From Phoronis australis (Eukaryota; Animalia; Phoronida), in assembly GCA_002633005.1 (NCBI GenBank), contig NMRA01000339.1, forward strand, positions 144,685-208,684: 64,000 bases of DNA, written 5' to 3'. Positions 25,091 through 38,107 of the stretch are shown here, in pieces (within the stretch, counting starts at the first letter, position 1; every line of letters starts with the position of its first letter). The position numbers were made by a program, and so were the translations under genes. Below the pieces are notes generated by a model. It saw only the letters and a list, made by a program, of their open reading frames with translations, was not told the DNA's origin and made no database searches.

Positions 25091-26445
25091 GGAAAGGGTA
25101 TACCATTAAAAACTCTCAATTTTACTCAAATTGTATTTTTTCAGATTTGTGTGGTCCAAATAATATCCAAATATGAAAGTTGAATTAAACCTACAAATAC
25201 TCTAAAAGTACTTTTAAAATAAGCTACATTCAATGAAAAGTTGGCTAGAGTGAACCAATTACATATTCATGAATTTCAAATGTGAAAAACTTGACTTATA
25301 GAAATGCTAGAATCAAAATTTAAAAACCAGAATCTGTTACTCATAAAATACCTTCTCTGGTAAAAAATCATATTAAAAAATAATTTCTATTACCTAATGT
25401 TGATACAGACTCTAATAGGATTGAGTGAAAATAAGTTAATCAGATTGAAGCTTTCAAAAGCCTTTGGCTAACCACTCACTTCCTGTCTCTGAGAACATGG
25501 AAATCTGTTTCTCAATCTCGCGAGTGTTTAGTTTTTGCTTAGTATTTTAACAGTTAGTCAGTTACTACATTAATAATTTCACTGTGGACACTTTCTACCA
25601 TACAACCACCAATTATGGGCAAGAGAAAGGATAAATCAGCATACAAATCAAGGAAAATATAGGTTTAGAGGTAACCAGTTTTCAAAAACTGAGGTTAAGC
25701 CTAGCAAAAGGAAGTAAACTGATTCCGAGCAAGGACTTGGTAATACCAACTCTGTTTCCTACAAGAAAATTAAAATTATGTGAGCAGAAAGTCAACAGCT
25801 CTAATAAAATAACAGGATTTAGATTCTTTGACATTGAAATTCTCCAGAACTTGTTAAAGCAGTTCAAATGCCCCAGACCAGTCTATGCCATACAGTTTCT
25901 CAGAGAAGATATGTGTTCTTACGAAGTTGACAGTTACCTGCACAGAATGTGACCAGCACTATGACTTGTTTTCGTCTCTTAAAGTCAACCCGAGGACCTT
26001 ATTAGGCAAATCCAATATTTCCTTTAACAATGTTTGCCATAGGAAATAAAAACCGGCAACAAGCCAGTAGGTTTTTAGCAAATATGAATATGGCGCCAGC
26101 TCAACTCAAAACCGCATGGAGTAGACATCTCAAGTCCATTCTTATGGCTACTAAAAATGTGGCAAACAATAGCAGGCCAAGGGTCATTAAAGAGCTAAGA
26201 GGTGATGTCAATGACAGAGTAGTTGTCAACAGAGCGGTATCATGTGATGGTACGTTGCAGAAGTGTGGCTTCAGTAGCAAAAATGGAGTTCCACCAACAA
26301 GTGCAAAGTCATTGACACTGAGACGTTTTGTCAAATTACTGTAATTTGTGTGCTAAAATGAAACGAAAGTGGTCTCAGGAAGATTTTGACCAATGGTACA
26401 TTTAACAAGAGTGTGAACAGAACTACAATGGTTTGACAGGGGGAA
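25091..26445 (+). mobile_element. Kolobok-type element 5' half (probable left end plus transposase N-terminus)
   Basis: MGKRKDK.. at ~25616, GFRFFDIEILQNLLKQFKCP, MFAIG..RFLANMNM and VSCDGTLQKCGFSSKNG..KVID. GGAAAGGGTATACC at 25091 resembles the TIR of the 56770-59818 element (the boundary is inferred). Confidence 0.7.
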
Positions 26446-27199
26446 TATAATGCATTTTGCATTTTGGCAGACCATGTATGCTTATTTGCCACATCAGAAT
26501 TGCCCGAGCGGTGTTTTTTGCATTAGTGGACTTATTGGTGTTATGGTGGTTTGTTTGTATACAACACATTTTAACATTTGCCTCTGGCATTTTTTGTAAG
26601 CTACATCAGAATTGTGTTGTGGGGTGTTGTCGCATTTTGTATCCATTGTGAGAGATACGTTTTACATTATAAGAGTCCAATGATTATTGTGCTTGAAAGC
26701 TTAAGCGCCATGTTTTGATAGTTCCTAACACTGTGAGTAACATTAACAGAATTTTGAACAAAACTTTTCAAGTGTACACACTCAGGTACCAGGAACAACA
26801 AGGAAGTATTTATTGCTTATTATTACAATAAATAAATTTCATCACAAAATCCGAGAAGTAAATTTTGGTCTGAAGACTGTCGTACCATTGATTTTTAAGA
26901 GAAATTTGCCAAGAAACATTGCACTTCTGTTGTACGCTAAATAAAATATCTTTATCCATAAAATTTTTATTATAATGCACGAAGATTTCTGATGACTTTC
27001 ATTCAATCTCAAAAAAGCCACAAATTGATGGCTGTGTGGTTTGCCCAGTCCTGATTCATAAAAGTAGTCCCCTGACTGCGACACAAAAGCAGAGTTGAAA
27101 CTGGCCTAATTGTGTTTACATCATTGGCTCACAAAAAGGAGGCTTATGAAATGACAGGCTTGGCTTTCTGGTGGGTTGTTAATGCTTAACTACATTCAT

Positions 27200-28530
27200 T
27201 CCTGACAGGAAAGGTTTCATCATGCAGTCAGAATATGGTATTTTCAGGTGTTTTTATTTCAACGATGTCTACGATATGATGACCTCAGAAACTAACCTCT
27301 GTGCTGCTCAGTATTTGATTGACACTAGCGGTACAGGCATGACAAAGACCAACCCTAACATGCTTAGGTGGGGAGATGCGTATGTTGATGAAATGAAAGC
27401 ATTTGTGCTGTGACTATCCTGACTCTAAGGGCACTTGACTGTAGGGGTAAATTACGAATGTTCACCCGGTGATTGCTGGAGTCAGAAGATCAAGTCCAGA
27501 GAAACAGGTTCCTCTTAGTTTGTTTTTTCTTTTCACTTAAATGACAGCACTTTGCCAAATTAAGAGAACTAAAGGACCTTTTGGTCCCTGCTTAGCAAGC
27601 AGCTTGTCGCAAAGTTTCTGTAGACAAGTGCATTACACTATCCATGTAGACTTTTTGTACCATCAATAGATTCCACGAAGGCGTGGATGTTAGCTGAAGC
27701 TAAATTTGGTAATAACATGAACTGGGAATTGGTGTACCAAGACGTACAAAGATGCTCCGGCACTAGTACAAGGTGTCATGTAAGAAATTGTGGTTGACAT
27801 TTGTTGTCCTCTTTTGCCTTACATTATAAGGAAAATAGATTCACTTAGCATCATTTGTGAAACTTTGAAGTCGTGAGAAAAGGGCTTGCGGTACACTATG
27901 ATTTAACTAACGTAGCAACCCTGATGGAATCAAAAATTTCAGTGAAGGATTAGGAGTGACAATCTGGCAGTAACTGTATGAGACAACAATCTGTTTATCA
28001 CATGGAAATTCAGCGAGTAGTAAATGTACCATCTTGATCCACGTGGTTCATGTACAAAATAAGCCAAATCCATGGGAGGTAACCAAACTCAAGACTGTGG
28101 AATTTCACACTCCAATTTATGGGGGTGTAGACCACGCAGACCACAATATGTGGTACACTCTTTTACTTCAACGCAAGGTGAGATTGTGGGAAAACCATAT
28201 GGTTGTATGTGACACACCAGGAAGCTTCCTTGGTGAACACTATGGCAGTCTATCGTCACCTCAACCCTGAAAAAAGGTTCATCACACCACAGAGTATCCA
28301 TCTACATGTTGTCTGTGGACACACGCAGTCATGCTATAATTGCACAGTACCACACCAAGGGGTATCAAATCAGCAGACAGTGTCATTGATAAAGATTAAT
28401 CCACACCAAACACCCACCCGCTGGGAACCAATACACCAGATGGAGCAGTATGTTCAAATTGCCCCATAAAAACACCAGACAGAATATAAGTGTGACCAAT
28501 GCCTCATAACAATGTGACCTCATCCAAAGG
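27200..28530 (+). mobile_element. Highly degraded piggyBac (PGBD4-like) transposase
   Basis: YDMMTSETNLCAAQY, VDEMKAFV, KAWMLAEA, GGVDHADH, EASLVN and a Cys-rich tail fragment (CDQC). Confidence 0.65.
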
Positions 28531-29415
28531 TGTTGAAGGGATGAAGGCTATAAAAGCAGACAGCAGAAGGAACTGGACTATTTGTTAAGTTTGCACCAGC
28601 GCTAACAATTGTACAAGTTGCTAATGTTAAGTACACTGCTTGATATCATAGTGAACGCAAGGTTGTAAGGGGATGGTTGATGCAGGAGTCAGCTGCGGGA
28701 GTTTTGCCTAAGGCAATGACAATGGAAGCCTTCAATAATGAATAAGAAAAAATAAAATAATGCAGAAACAGAAGAAAATTGATCTTTTTGACAGCAATAT
28801 TAAGTGGAATACCTTTCTAAAGGGACACAGAGTTGAAGTCCAATACTAAAGCTTGCTTTCTCACAGTACACCGTGGGTCACGGAATGGCACAAGCACATA
28901 ACAGACATTAAATTCTCCAGTGTTCTTTTTCATGTCAATTCTTTCTTTGACTTGTTCCATCCCAACACCACCGTTACTGCACTGTTCTCCGACATTGAGA
29001 TCAAATGAGTATTAACCTACAGCTTTGGATGAGTTAAGGGAATGGCACTGTGTGTGCTATGAAAGGAACACATTTTTAACACACAATGTTATGTTTGAGA
29101 GTTCCTTCACAATATTTCACGAAAACAAAATCTGCTGTTCACAACTGGAGATACATGATTACAGTGTTAAAGGAATAGTTTAAAACTCCTAGGTATGAAG
29201 TTTCTTCCATAATCACAACTACTGGTTTGGTTTTCCACTTTCGAGTTACTAAATGGCAAAATAATTTCAAGTGCAAACATTTATAAATTCTGTAGTTCAG
29301 AACAACTATATACATTACGAAAAAATAGCACCGTGTTTTGTCTGAGAATATCTCAAATGACTCACACATCGTTGGGTCATTAAGCAGGGGTCGTGACTGT
29401 GCCTTTGTTTGACAT

Positions 29416-29437
29416 TCATGCTGTCCACTTCAGGCAT
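29416..29437 (-). CDS. ZNHIT1: ZNHIT1 coding exon 5 (RCLKWTA*)
   Basis: TTTCCTTTCAG acceptor. Completes the conserved RCLKWT terminus, with TGA at 29418-29416. Confidence 0.93.
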
Positions 29438-29555
29438 CTGAAAGGAAAATAATACAAGTCTTATCACATGAATCTGAACACATTCAGAGCTCGCAACTTG
29501 CCTTCGCGGACAATCTCATCAATACTCGTTCTCAAAGCATATACAACACCCCTAC

Positions 29556-29775
29556 GGTCACTCATATTGACAAGGTGTCTGCAGGTGTGTACCATAAATT
29601 GCTGAAACACACCTATTGCGGGTACCCGGTATGCTAATTCTCACCCCCCCCCCCCCCTTTGTGGGGTTGATTTTTCCAAAAGTTAAGGGCCTATTGGATC
29701 TCACGAAGGTCCAGTAAAACGTGCTGAAAGTACCACCTACCAGCAATTTTTGGTACCTTAACAATATGAGTGACC
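29556..29775. mobile_element. MITE in ZNHIT1 intron 4
   Basis: Perfect 14-bp inverted ends GGTCACTCATATTG / CAATATGAGTGACC, extendable with mismatches. No coding capacity. Confidence 0.7.
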
Positions 29776-30972
29776 CCCTGCACTAGTCTGCAAACAGCAG
29801 GCTGTGAGCTTGAGAAAACATCAAATAAATGTGGTCAATGTACACTAGGGAACAATGCTCTAGGAAACATGCTTATCATTGTAACCTATCAACTGGTCTC
29901 TGCATTTCAGCAAATATAGATCAACAAAACCACATAATTTGACCAAGTAGTCTGTAGCATTGGGTTTTTCACTTGACACAAATCTTTAAATACCATGTCT
30001 ACCAAAAGGTACAGCCATACCAAAATGGGGCAGTGGGACACTTTAAAGACAATTCGCAACACAATATCGTTGAAATTTGCATAAAATTCAGTTATATGAA
30101 AGTTTCATTACCACCCAATCAGCCATTTCTGAGATACGGTGTTTCAAAGTTAGCCAAATTTGGAATTTTTCTAGACTCTGGCATAGCCATAATATCACAC
30201 ACTGTGCCGCAACTTAGTGGGAATTCACTAGAAGGTTGTTTCCAGAGAAAATTGACACAAAAAACAGAAAATCCACAAAAGTTTAGAGTACATCTTTTTT
30301 GGCTGTGGTATATTCTCCTCAACATTGTAGATATAACTTTGATAAAATTTAGCCAAATATTAGGAATACTAGCACTGCTACAATTGTTGAGACCATGACT
30401 GAACACAACTTAATACACCAATCTTCCAAACCATACTCAGGGATAGTGCTTTAGTTACACAAAAGTACTGATAATCGTCATACACTTTGGATTTCTTGGA
30501 CAAAAAATAACCATGCGAAATGACTTGAATTTCCAGTCATAACCACAAAGCGCAAACAGAAATAGCCCACATGACAGCTGCGTGCTAGCGGAACTCTTCC
30601 AAATCATGGTCAAAGAAAAAGGGATAGCAGGTAACAGGGCTAGGAATGACCAACGACAAAAAAGAGGAAGAATTTCAAGGTGATGTATCGCTCCGCAACT
30701 AAATAGGCTTCTGTGATTGACATACTTTTGTGCTGTAAATTTTAACTGAAATAAATGTTTTTGAATGAATAAAGTCAAGATAATGATAAAAACGAGACAA
30801 AAAAAGGACATTGGAAACAAATAAGAACTCTAAACCAACAAAGAGGAAAATTCCAAGTAATAGGGGTAATCTTGGAACATGTACTTTTTTCTGATTATTT
30901 TTGGCCTATATGGTAGGAGCTAACATGTTGAAAACAGACCATGTGCACAGTCAGCAACGTTATGGGACAAAC

Positions 30973-31142
30973 CTCGTGTCTTGGTGAGTGCCCAAACATT
31001 TTACACTACAGTAGCGAGCTCCACACTGTACGCATGTGTAATTGGATAAGTAGCCACAAACGGCACAGAAGTGTCGCTCGGGAAACTTGGACGGGGGAAC
31101 AGCTGCCTTCAGGTAAGCTGGAGTTTCACCTGTTGTCATTTG
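30973..31142 (-). CDS. ZNHIT1: ZNHIT1 coding exon 4 (zf-HIT)
   Basis: YLKAAVPPSKFPERHFCAVCGYLSNYTCVQCGARYCSVKCLGTHQDTR, with TTCCAG acceptor and GTTTGT donor. Confidence 0.97.
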
Positions 31143-31689
31143 CTGGAAACAGAATAAGAACGAGGACATAGTAGGAGCAGCGGTGGATGTACCGTGCAAC
31201 ATGTTAATCAGACAACATATAACTGAGTGTCAATGAAACAATAATATTTTACAATCAAGAGCTTATTTTGTATTAATCATGAACTTACATTTTTGGCAGC
31301 CCTCAACTACAAAAAACTGAAAGTAGGTAGTCAAAATCATATTGTCAAAACAGCTAAGATCATCAAACACAAAGGAAATCTCTTACATTTCACCACGTTT
31401 TCGAATTAACTGTTGAAGGTAGAAGCAAATGTAATTAAAAACAATGCCTCATTTAGCTATGTTTACGTCGACGTTCACGTTCCGATTACCAATACTGTAT
31501 AAAATTAAACTTTTACTGCTCCTTCTGAACGAAAAACTGAGTGCGTTCTTTAATACAAAAGCCATGCTAAAGTTGGTAAGCTTGCCTAAAGAGACAAAGA
31601 TTAAGTAAAGTTGTAGACACAGAGCTGCTACAACAAATAATTCAAGAGGAAGCATAAATTGCAAAAATAACAGCACACAATACGCTTAC

Positions 31690-31769
31690 CTCTTCTTCCA
31701 ACAAGGCTGTGAAGTTTTTACGGACTCGAAACCGAAACATGTCATTCTTTTTCCGTTTCTTACTTTTGG
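31690..31769 (-). CDS. ZNHIT1: ZNHIT1 coding exon 3
   Basis: AKSKKRKKNDMFRFRVRKNFTALLEEE, with TTTTTAG acceptor and GTAAGC donor. Confidence 0.93.
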
Positions 31770-32307
31770 CTAAAAAACAGGAAAGGTAAATTGGTTGTAT
31801 AAGGTAGATGTATCTTTAATTATCCATGTCCTGCTAAGAAAAGCAGCTTTTAACAAGATAAGCCTATGATTTCGGCACAAAAATTCCCATAGCCATGTGT
31901 CTTCGCATTCTTTAACAATAATCACAGAATAAGATTTTTTGGGATTCAGGCGAAATTATCAGAGATCATTGTCAGAAAAGGTGGACACATGGGTTTGGGG
32001 ATTTTTGTAGCCAGATCAAATGTCATGATTTTTTGCATTTTTATGAAATACCAAAAATCATACTCTAGTCTTAACCACCTAACTCTATAAAGTCAGATTC
32101 AACAACTTAAAAAGGCATTCCTACAATCAAATACATTGTGATGGCACTAAAAGCAAAAAATACCAGATGGTAATGTACTAAGAATTCAACAATCCCACAA
32201 CGCACACGTTCTTTGAAATCAATGTTCATCTTCACCTGTGTTAAGTTCCTGATCTCTCATTTAATATTCATCAACAGTTTATGTAGAGCACCCGTCACAG
32301 TAGTTAC

Positions 32308-32478
32308 CTGAACCATCCATGGCTTCCTCAAACTTTGGCGCCCGTTTGCTCATTTTCAAGTCAGCATGAGGGTCATCTTGGAAATTATCTTGATCTAGAG
32401 CCTCAATGGCCTTTCGCTGGCGACGTCTACGTGAGGCCTCATCCAGAATACGTCGGCTGCCACTTTCTTTGATACGAC
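32308..32478 (-). CDS. ZNHIT1: ZNHIT1 coding exon 2
   Basis: RIKESGSRRILDEASRRRRQRKAIEALDQDNFQDDPHADLKMSKRAPKFEEAMDGS, with CAG acceptor and GTAACT donor. Confidence 0.95.
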
Positions 32479-34250
32479 CTGAGTCAAACAATGGTGACTG
32501 GAACTCAGAAATATGGGTCGATCCCATGGGCAATAGCTACACTTGCAATATGGGAGAGCAATGTGACACAAGTGTACTTTGTTATAACTTTTTAGAATTT
32601 TGATACCAGGAAACCGAATTTCAGAACAAATTTTGCAGCTGGAAAGCTGTCGTCTCCTCCTGAGAGACATAAACAGTTTGGAAATGGCACGTGCACGTGT
32701 CTCAAGCGTACTGTTTTGAAAACAATGATACTTTTCATGGTTACAAAAGGTGGAGAATTACGCAAGAAAACAACTTTTACCAGATTGTCTCTCACTTAAA
32801 GGGCTGTAATGGGCAAGGTGAATGTCGGTTGACTCCCAGATTTTGCATGCATCTACACTGGCCTTTAGCAGCTCTACATGTTAATACAAGTTTCATGGCT
32901 AGGTGACGAGCAGAACTACCTGGGTTGTGTGTAATTTCGAGGTCTGCCGGAGCTCAACACATATTAGGCAATTACATCACCCTGGCATGCAGGGGCGATA
33001 CTACATCCCCACAAAAAGTTACGAATTTCATAACATAGGAAATAAAATCAAATGAAACATGCATATATGCACATGGAGTTATAATTCACACATTGTTTTA
33101 AGAAGATACTGGAGTCTTGTTACTAATACTTTTAAAAAACCTCATGATTATTACTTATATGGCATGCATCAGAACCATCAACGGCATGGTCCAGAGAATA
33201 ATGTTATGCAAGCTTTGGGCGAGTTCTAATCTAAAAAACAACTAATTAAAATGTGTTTTGATGACAGTGATTATTAATGTTTTAAAATTTACTTAATATA
33301 TGTTATATTTTGGCAGTCACATTTACTAAAACAGGTTTTCCTGAAAACTAATAGCTGTCAAATATGAAATGATTATGACTCTCATTTCCACCTATATGGC
33401 TTACCACCTTCAAAGGTAAGTGAAGATTTTAGGTGGTTGTTTTATATCAAATGTATTGAAAAGTTAAAATCCTAGAGTATATTCCTAGCATAGGCCTACG
33501 TGTGACAACTTTGTATGAAAGGTCAATCGGTACATTTTAATTAAAACCATTGAATTAGTAGCAGAAGAGCAATATATAGCTTAAATACTGCAAAAGCTCG
33601 AATCATTTTAAATTGATATCTTAGTCACAACAAACAATTTAATACTAAACATTCAGATGGTACGTCCATCACGTACGTCCGTCACACTAACACAACTTCT
33701 ATCAAGCTGTCTGACAAAATTTTCTTGAAAGATATCATCAAAAAAAATTAGTGAGTTGTAATTTGCAAACATTCCACTATATCATCATACAAACCAAAAA
33801 ATTGTAACTTAATGCAATTCACAGAAAATTAACGTTAAAATTTAAAAAAAAAATTAGTGTTTTAATTTGCAAACATTCCACTATGTCATCATACAAACCA
33901 AAAAAATTCTAATTCTCTGCGTCCGTCCGTCACACCCCTTTAAATGCAATTTTCTCAGTCAGATTAAAAGATAGGGGAAAGTTGATGCAAGATTTGAAAG
34001 CTAATGAGACCTATCAAGTTATGTATTAATTATTTTCCTAGGATGGACGTTTTTTCACATTGATCAAAATGTTCTGTGATTCTATGTCCTTCACAAATGG
34101 AATTGCCCTTTGACATTAGTCTGCAGGTGTGCGCCAAGTGAGCAAACGCATGCGTGTCATCAGAGTTCATTTGCCAGAGTAGCAGACCTACATTATGTAG
34201 GCCCTAGCACGCGCTTCTTGGCCACCGGCTCATCGCTGGTCAAGTTGGCG

Positions 34251-34398
34251 ATTCGTGGTTTTTACGTGTACAAAGTAATCTAGATTCCTGTTGAGGGAGA
34301 AGATCTGTACGGGAAAGATACGATACAATCCCGTTGATCAGTACGCTGCGTCTGTTCTGAAAGGCCTGACCATAGTGGGACACGTTCCTCGCATCTTG
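34251..34398 (+). pseudogene. HIRAN-domain remnant (transposon-associated type)
   Basis: IRGFYVYKVI*IPVEGEDL, then after a frameshift YNPVDQYAASVLKGLTIVGHVPR. This fits the RG(Y/F)HVY..W.P..GE.L...N..D..A......VGHVPR pattern. Confidence 0.7.
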
Positions 34399-36121
34399 AT
34401 TACCAATATAGTGCTTTTGTGCTCTGAAAATTTGCTCGCCACCTAGGCGACCGGCAAGTCAACTTCTACTTGCCCAGCACCATTTTTACTCGCATTGACG
34501 ACTGGGCGAGTGGCTAAGTATATCCCTGGATTGTCATAAATCCATTCTTCCTGTTCATAAAAACAATCTATTCTCAAGTTAGGAGCAAAATTGTAAAAAT
34601 GCTGATGTCCGATGATTGTTGTCGGCAACTTGTCGGTACTTTGTTGATTGAAAGGTTTGGCACCGTTCATTAATTGCATGGGTATTTGCGCTTCCTTGAC
34701 TGGCCGCGTTATCACAACGCTACGTATCTCAATCTGGATTATTTGTCGTACCAGCATTTGAATCAATGTCTGTATCTGGAACATCTCTCGGTTTGTAAAA
34801 TAATCCTCGAGTTCTTTAGGCCTTTGCGCGGCAGACGACATGAGTAAGTATGCAGAATGTGCATGTCAATCATGACGGAAACCGCAGATGACACTGGCTG
34901 TGTAAAATCTTGGAATTACTCCCACCGCAAACGCAAACGTCGGGGACAGACACAGTGAAGAGTTGTAAGGGCCTGCCAGTTTTTCACGCGGTGCAATCAT
35001 AAATATTGGATCATCTGAAGAAACTCGTCGAAAGCGTTTCTATTCATATGTATGTTGAGCTGCCGGTAACACCGATCTGTGTCACGGGTCGCGCGGAATA
35101 TTGAAAAATGCTCTAAGGAAGCACTTTTTGTGCACTAAATTTTTCATTTCTGAAATTACCGATGGCTTATTTCTTTGAATGACTGCAGATCAGCCATTAA
35201 TATTAAGAAAGAGGTCATCATTTCAAGCTTTTTTAAATTTTGCCAACAAAACCTAACCGACCCCGTCGAACCCGTCTAAAATAGTAAACCGATGCTTGGG
35301 AGTCCGATTATTTTACGCTTTGAAACGTACAGTAGTATATTTTGGCGAATAAAATCTTTTAATGTGTATGACATACGACTTCCGTGTGTAACATGGAGTC
35401 GTATAGCTCTTCTAAATTACACTTTGAACTGAGTGTCTCTTGGTCCAGAGGTTTCGAGCGAATTCACTTCGTCTTAGGACCAAGGTACGATACCTGGTGT
35501 TAGTAGCAAAGTTTTTGTGTACCAAATTGGTATTGAATGAAATAGAAATTGTGAACTTGCTGAACCTAATAATCGTGGAGCACGGAAAAAATTTAGAAAA
35601 TTAATAAACGTAGAGACCTGAATACGCGTCGTATACACCGGAAAACGAGTCTGAAATGAATAATCCTATAGATACGGCTATTCGGAACCTGAGAGTACAA
35701 CTAGTTGTCCGAGATGTTGAAAAGATGATTGAGAGATTATTTACAAGCCGCGTTGCACCATAGACTAGCGGCCCAGTCTGCCGCTCAGTGAGATTGGTGG
35801 TTAGGCTTTCGGCAACTGACCACAGAGCCTTTATTCAGTTTCAAAGGGCTATGGCCTGTTACTGTCAAGCGTAATTTGAACCAGTGAAGACCTTATTAAC
35901 GATGACGACGCCATTTTTATGAACTGGTCCCAATTTTTTAAACCGGTTGCGAAATTTTTAAACCGGTCGCGAAACTTTTAAACAGGGACAGCTAAGGAGA
36001 GTTGAGGAACTTTTCGAGCTGACGATTGTCTCAGTAAAAAACATATACTTGATATTAGGTCCTTGTATACACGTTTTTAGGTACGTTTCAATGGCAATGC
36101 ATTCAGCGCCAAAATCACAAC

Positions 36122-36350
36122 GCAATTAGGGCGATTTTTTCGCTTGTCATGTTATATTTATATATAAAATGTATTATTTTTAAACCTAAAAAGAGGCTCA
36201 CTATTATATATACTGTATTCATTCATGATTTTGTTATTTNATTAGGTCGATTTTTTCGCTTGTTTTGGTATATTTTTGTATAAAATGTATTATTTTTAAA
36301 CCTAAAAAGAGGCTCACTATTATATATACTGTATTCATTCATGATTTTGT
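36122..36350. repeat. ~120-bp direct duplication joined at a single N
   Basis: ATTAGG..GATTTTTTCGCTTG...ATTCATGATTTTGT appears twice, around the N at 36240. Confidence 0.85.
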
Positions 36351-36509
36351 ATTTAGCCTGACCCATTCTATTGTAAGTCCTTAAGTACATTTATTTTAAT
36401 AAAGCATGTTGAATTGGTACTTCCTTGTTTGATGATAGCTTTATCAGAAAAATCGAGAAGTGAAGCATGGGTCTGAGGATGAGAAATTAGACAAAATAAT
36501 ATTACACTT

Positions 36510-36660
36510 TTGGGGCAAGTTGCACATAAGTTATACGCCGCATAGCAACAATGACGTCGCATTATCACGCGTCACGTTATTGCTGAACAATGCACCTGAC
36601 GCCATGCAACAATCAAATTTATCCAGCTGATAACTTCGAAGTTTTATGCAACCCAGCCCA
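36510..36660. mobile_element. MITE family member (second copy at 55270-55408)
   Basis: Shared CATAGCAACAATGACGTCGCATT core and ends like AGTTGCA(C/T)A...TATGCAACCCAG. Confidence 0.7.
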
Positions 36661-38082
36661 GTTGTACACTACTTAAAAATCTTTAACAATAACGTTTTAT
36701 TTGATTACGTACGAAGCTTTGTGATCACTTTCTTCAACTGTCAAAAATATAAATGTTATTGGAAGTATGCAGAAGTTAACACACCTTTGATGGCGTAACC
36801 TGCGTTTGCAATTTATTTTAATTAAATATTCACAAATTGGATTGAAAACCACTGACCTTGCTACCTACTAAGAAAATGAAAAATAAATTTGTTGTATGTT
36901 TTCAGCGACACCCAGTAGAACGGTCCGAATTTAATCTGTATTTTTAAGAGTTTAATAAACAGGCAAAAATCTTTTGTCGGATGATAAAGATTTTTCCAAA
37001 TTCACTGCTTCTTGCAACGTAGTAAAGCATCTAATCAACAAAACTTCAAGGCCACTTTGCGTAAATATATAAAATGTAGATCACAAACAAAGTCACTTTG
37101 TGAAAACAGAATATGATTAACCATTAATTGCAGAATGGACTAACACGTTCGTATAATCCTGACATTATCGGGGGGCATGGGAGGTACGGATCAACTCACG
37201 GGGATTGTTGGTCCCCCTGAAACTTATCTTTCGCACGACCAACGATCAATGCCTGTCGCAATGGGTCATTCCTTCACGGAGTCACTATTTATGCTAAAGT
37301 GGCCGCAATACGTGACCGATATTTTAAGATAACGGGCGCAATTAGCGGGTAAAACGGCAAAACATAAAAATGTCTCTTAAACTTTTTTCACGGAGCTATA
37401 TTATGTTACACTTCAGGGCTGCTCTCGACCGATAGTTTAATGACGTTATTAGCAGCCGAAATGACAACTCGTCTTTTAATCTTCCCTTTGGTTAAGAACA
37501 TGAGTTCAACCTCTATCCTCCCCCAACGCACGGCCCTTCACTACGTACCTTGGTCCCCCGGCCCCCTCTCCCGTTTCCGCTGATTGCACGACGATATGCC
37601 AGTTATAGAAATGACGTAATTAGCGTGCGANGCGACACTTCATTTTATTTTTTAAGTATTCCTGACAGAATTTGAAATGGGACCAACTTATCCGACTATT
37701 ACCCATGGAGAACACTGTGTATGGTTCATTTGATTTTATTTGCTGTATTTTGAAATGAGTATAACTTTTTGTGGGGATGTACTATCGCCCCTGTATGTCT
37801 GCGGCATCCAGAGCGATGTAATTGCCTATTCTCTTCCTTGAGTAAACTTATTTACCCGTGTTGGAAAAAATAGCGTTCTCACGTTCTGTCATTCGTCGGC
37901 TGCTGCTATTTTGTGATTTGTGAGTTGCGCCCGCAGCTTCTGTATTCAAAGACAGTGACACTGTACTCATTGACGAACCTGCTTTAGTCTTAACTCAGCC
38001 ACTAGAAAGGTTTGTTCAAAACTAATTGCATTCGTTAAATTCAGTATTTTAAAGTAAACACCTGAAATAAAACAACACTAAC

Positions 38083-38107
38083 CTGACTCCCGCTTTTCCG
38101 ACGCCAT
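38083..38107 (-). CDS. ZNHIT1: ZNHIT1 coding exon 1 (MASEKRES)
   Basis: ATG at 38107 and donor G|GTTAGT. Phase 1 joins exon 2 as G-R-I. Confidence 0.8.

Larger units (their letters stand above)
32965..37828. mobile_element. 4.86 kb element bounded by ~95-bp imperfect TIRs, in ZNHIT1 intron 1
   Basis: TAGGCAATTACATC...CAGGGGCGATACTACATCCCCACAAAAAGTTA...AAATAAAATCAAATGAA (32965-33057) is the reverse complement of ~37725-37828. Confidence 0.8.
29416..38107 (-). other. ZNHIT1: ZNHIT1 (Vps71, SRCAP/SWR1 complex subunit) gene span, join of 5 coding exons, 468 nt = 155 aa plus stop
   Basis: All introns are GT-AG and phases 1,1,0,2 are consistent. The protein has ALDQDNFQDDPH, RKNFTALLEEE and a C-terminal zf-HIT ending RCLKWTA*. 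Confidence 0.95.

Noticed and set aside
35015-35045. CTGAAGA...GAAA hammerhead-like string
   Set aside because: No credible stem I and only a 2-bp stem II.
36122-36350. Biological 120-bp tandem duplication
   Set aside because: The copies meet at a single N, which suggests a contig-overlap artefact.
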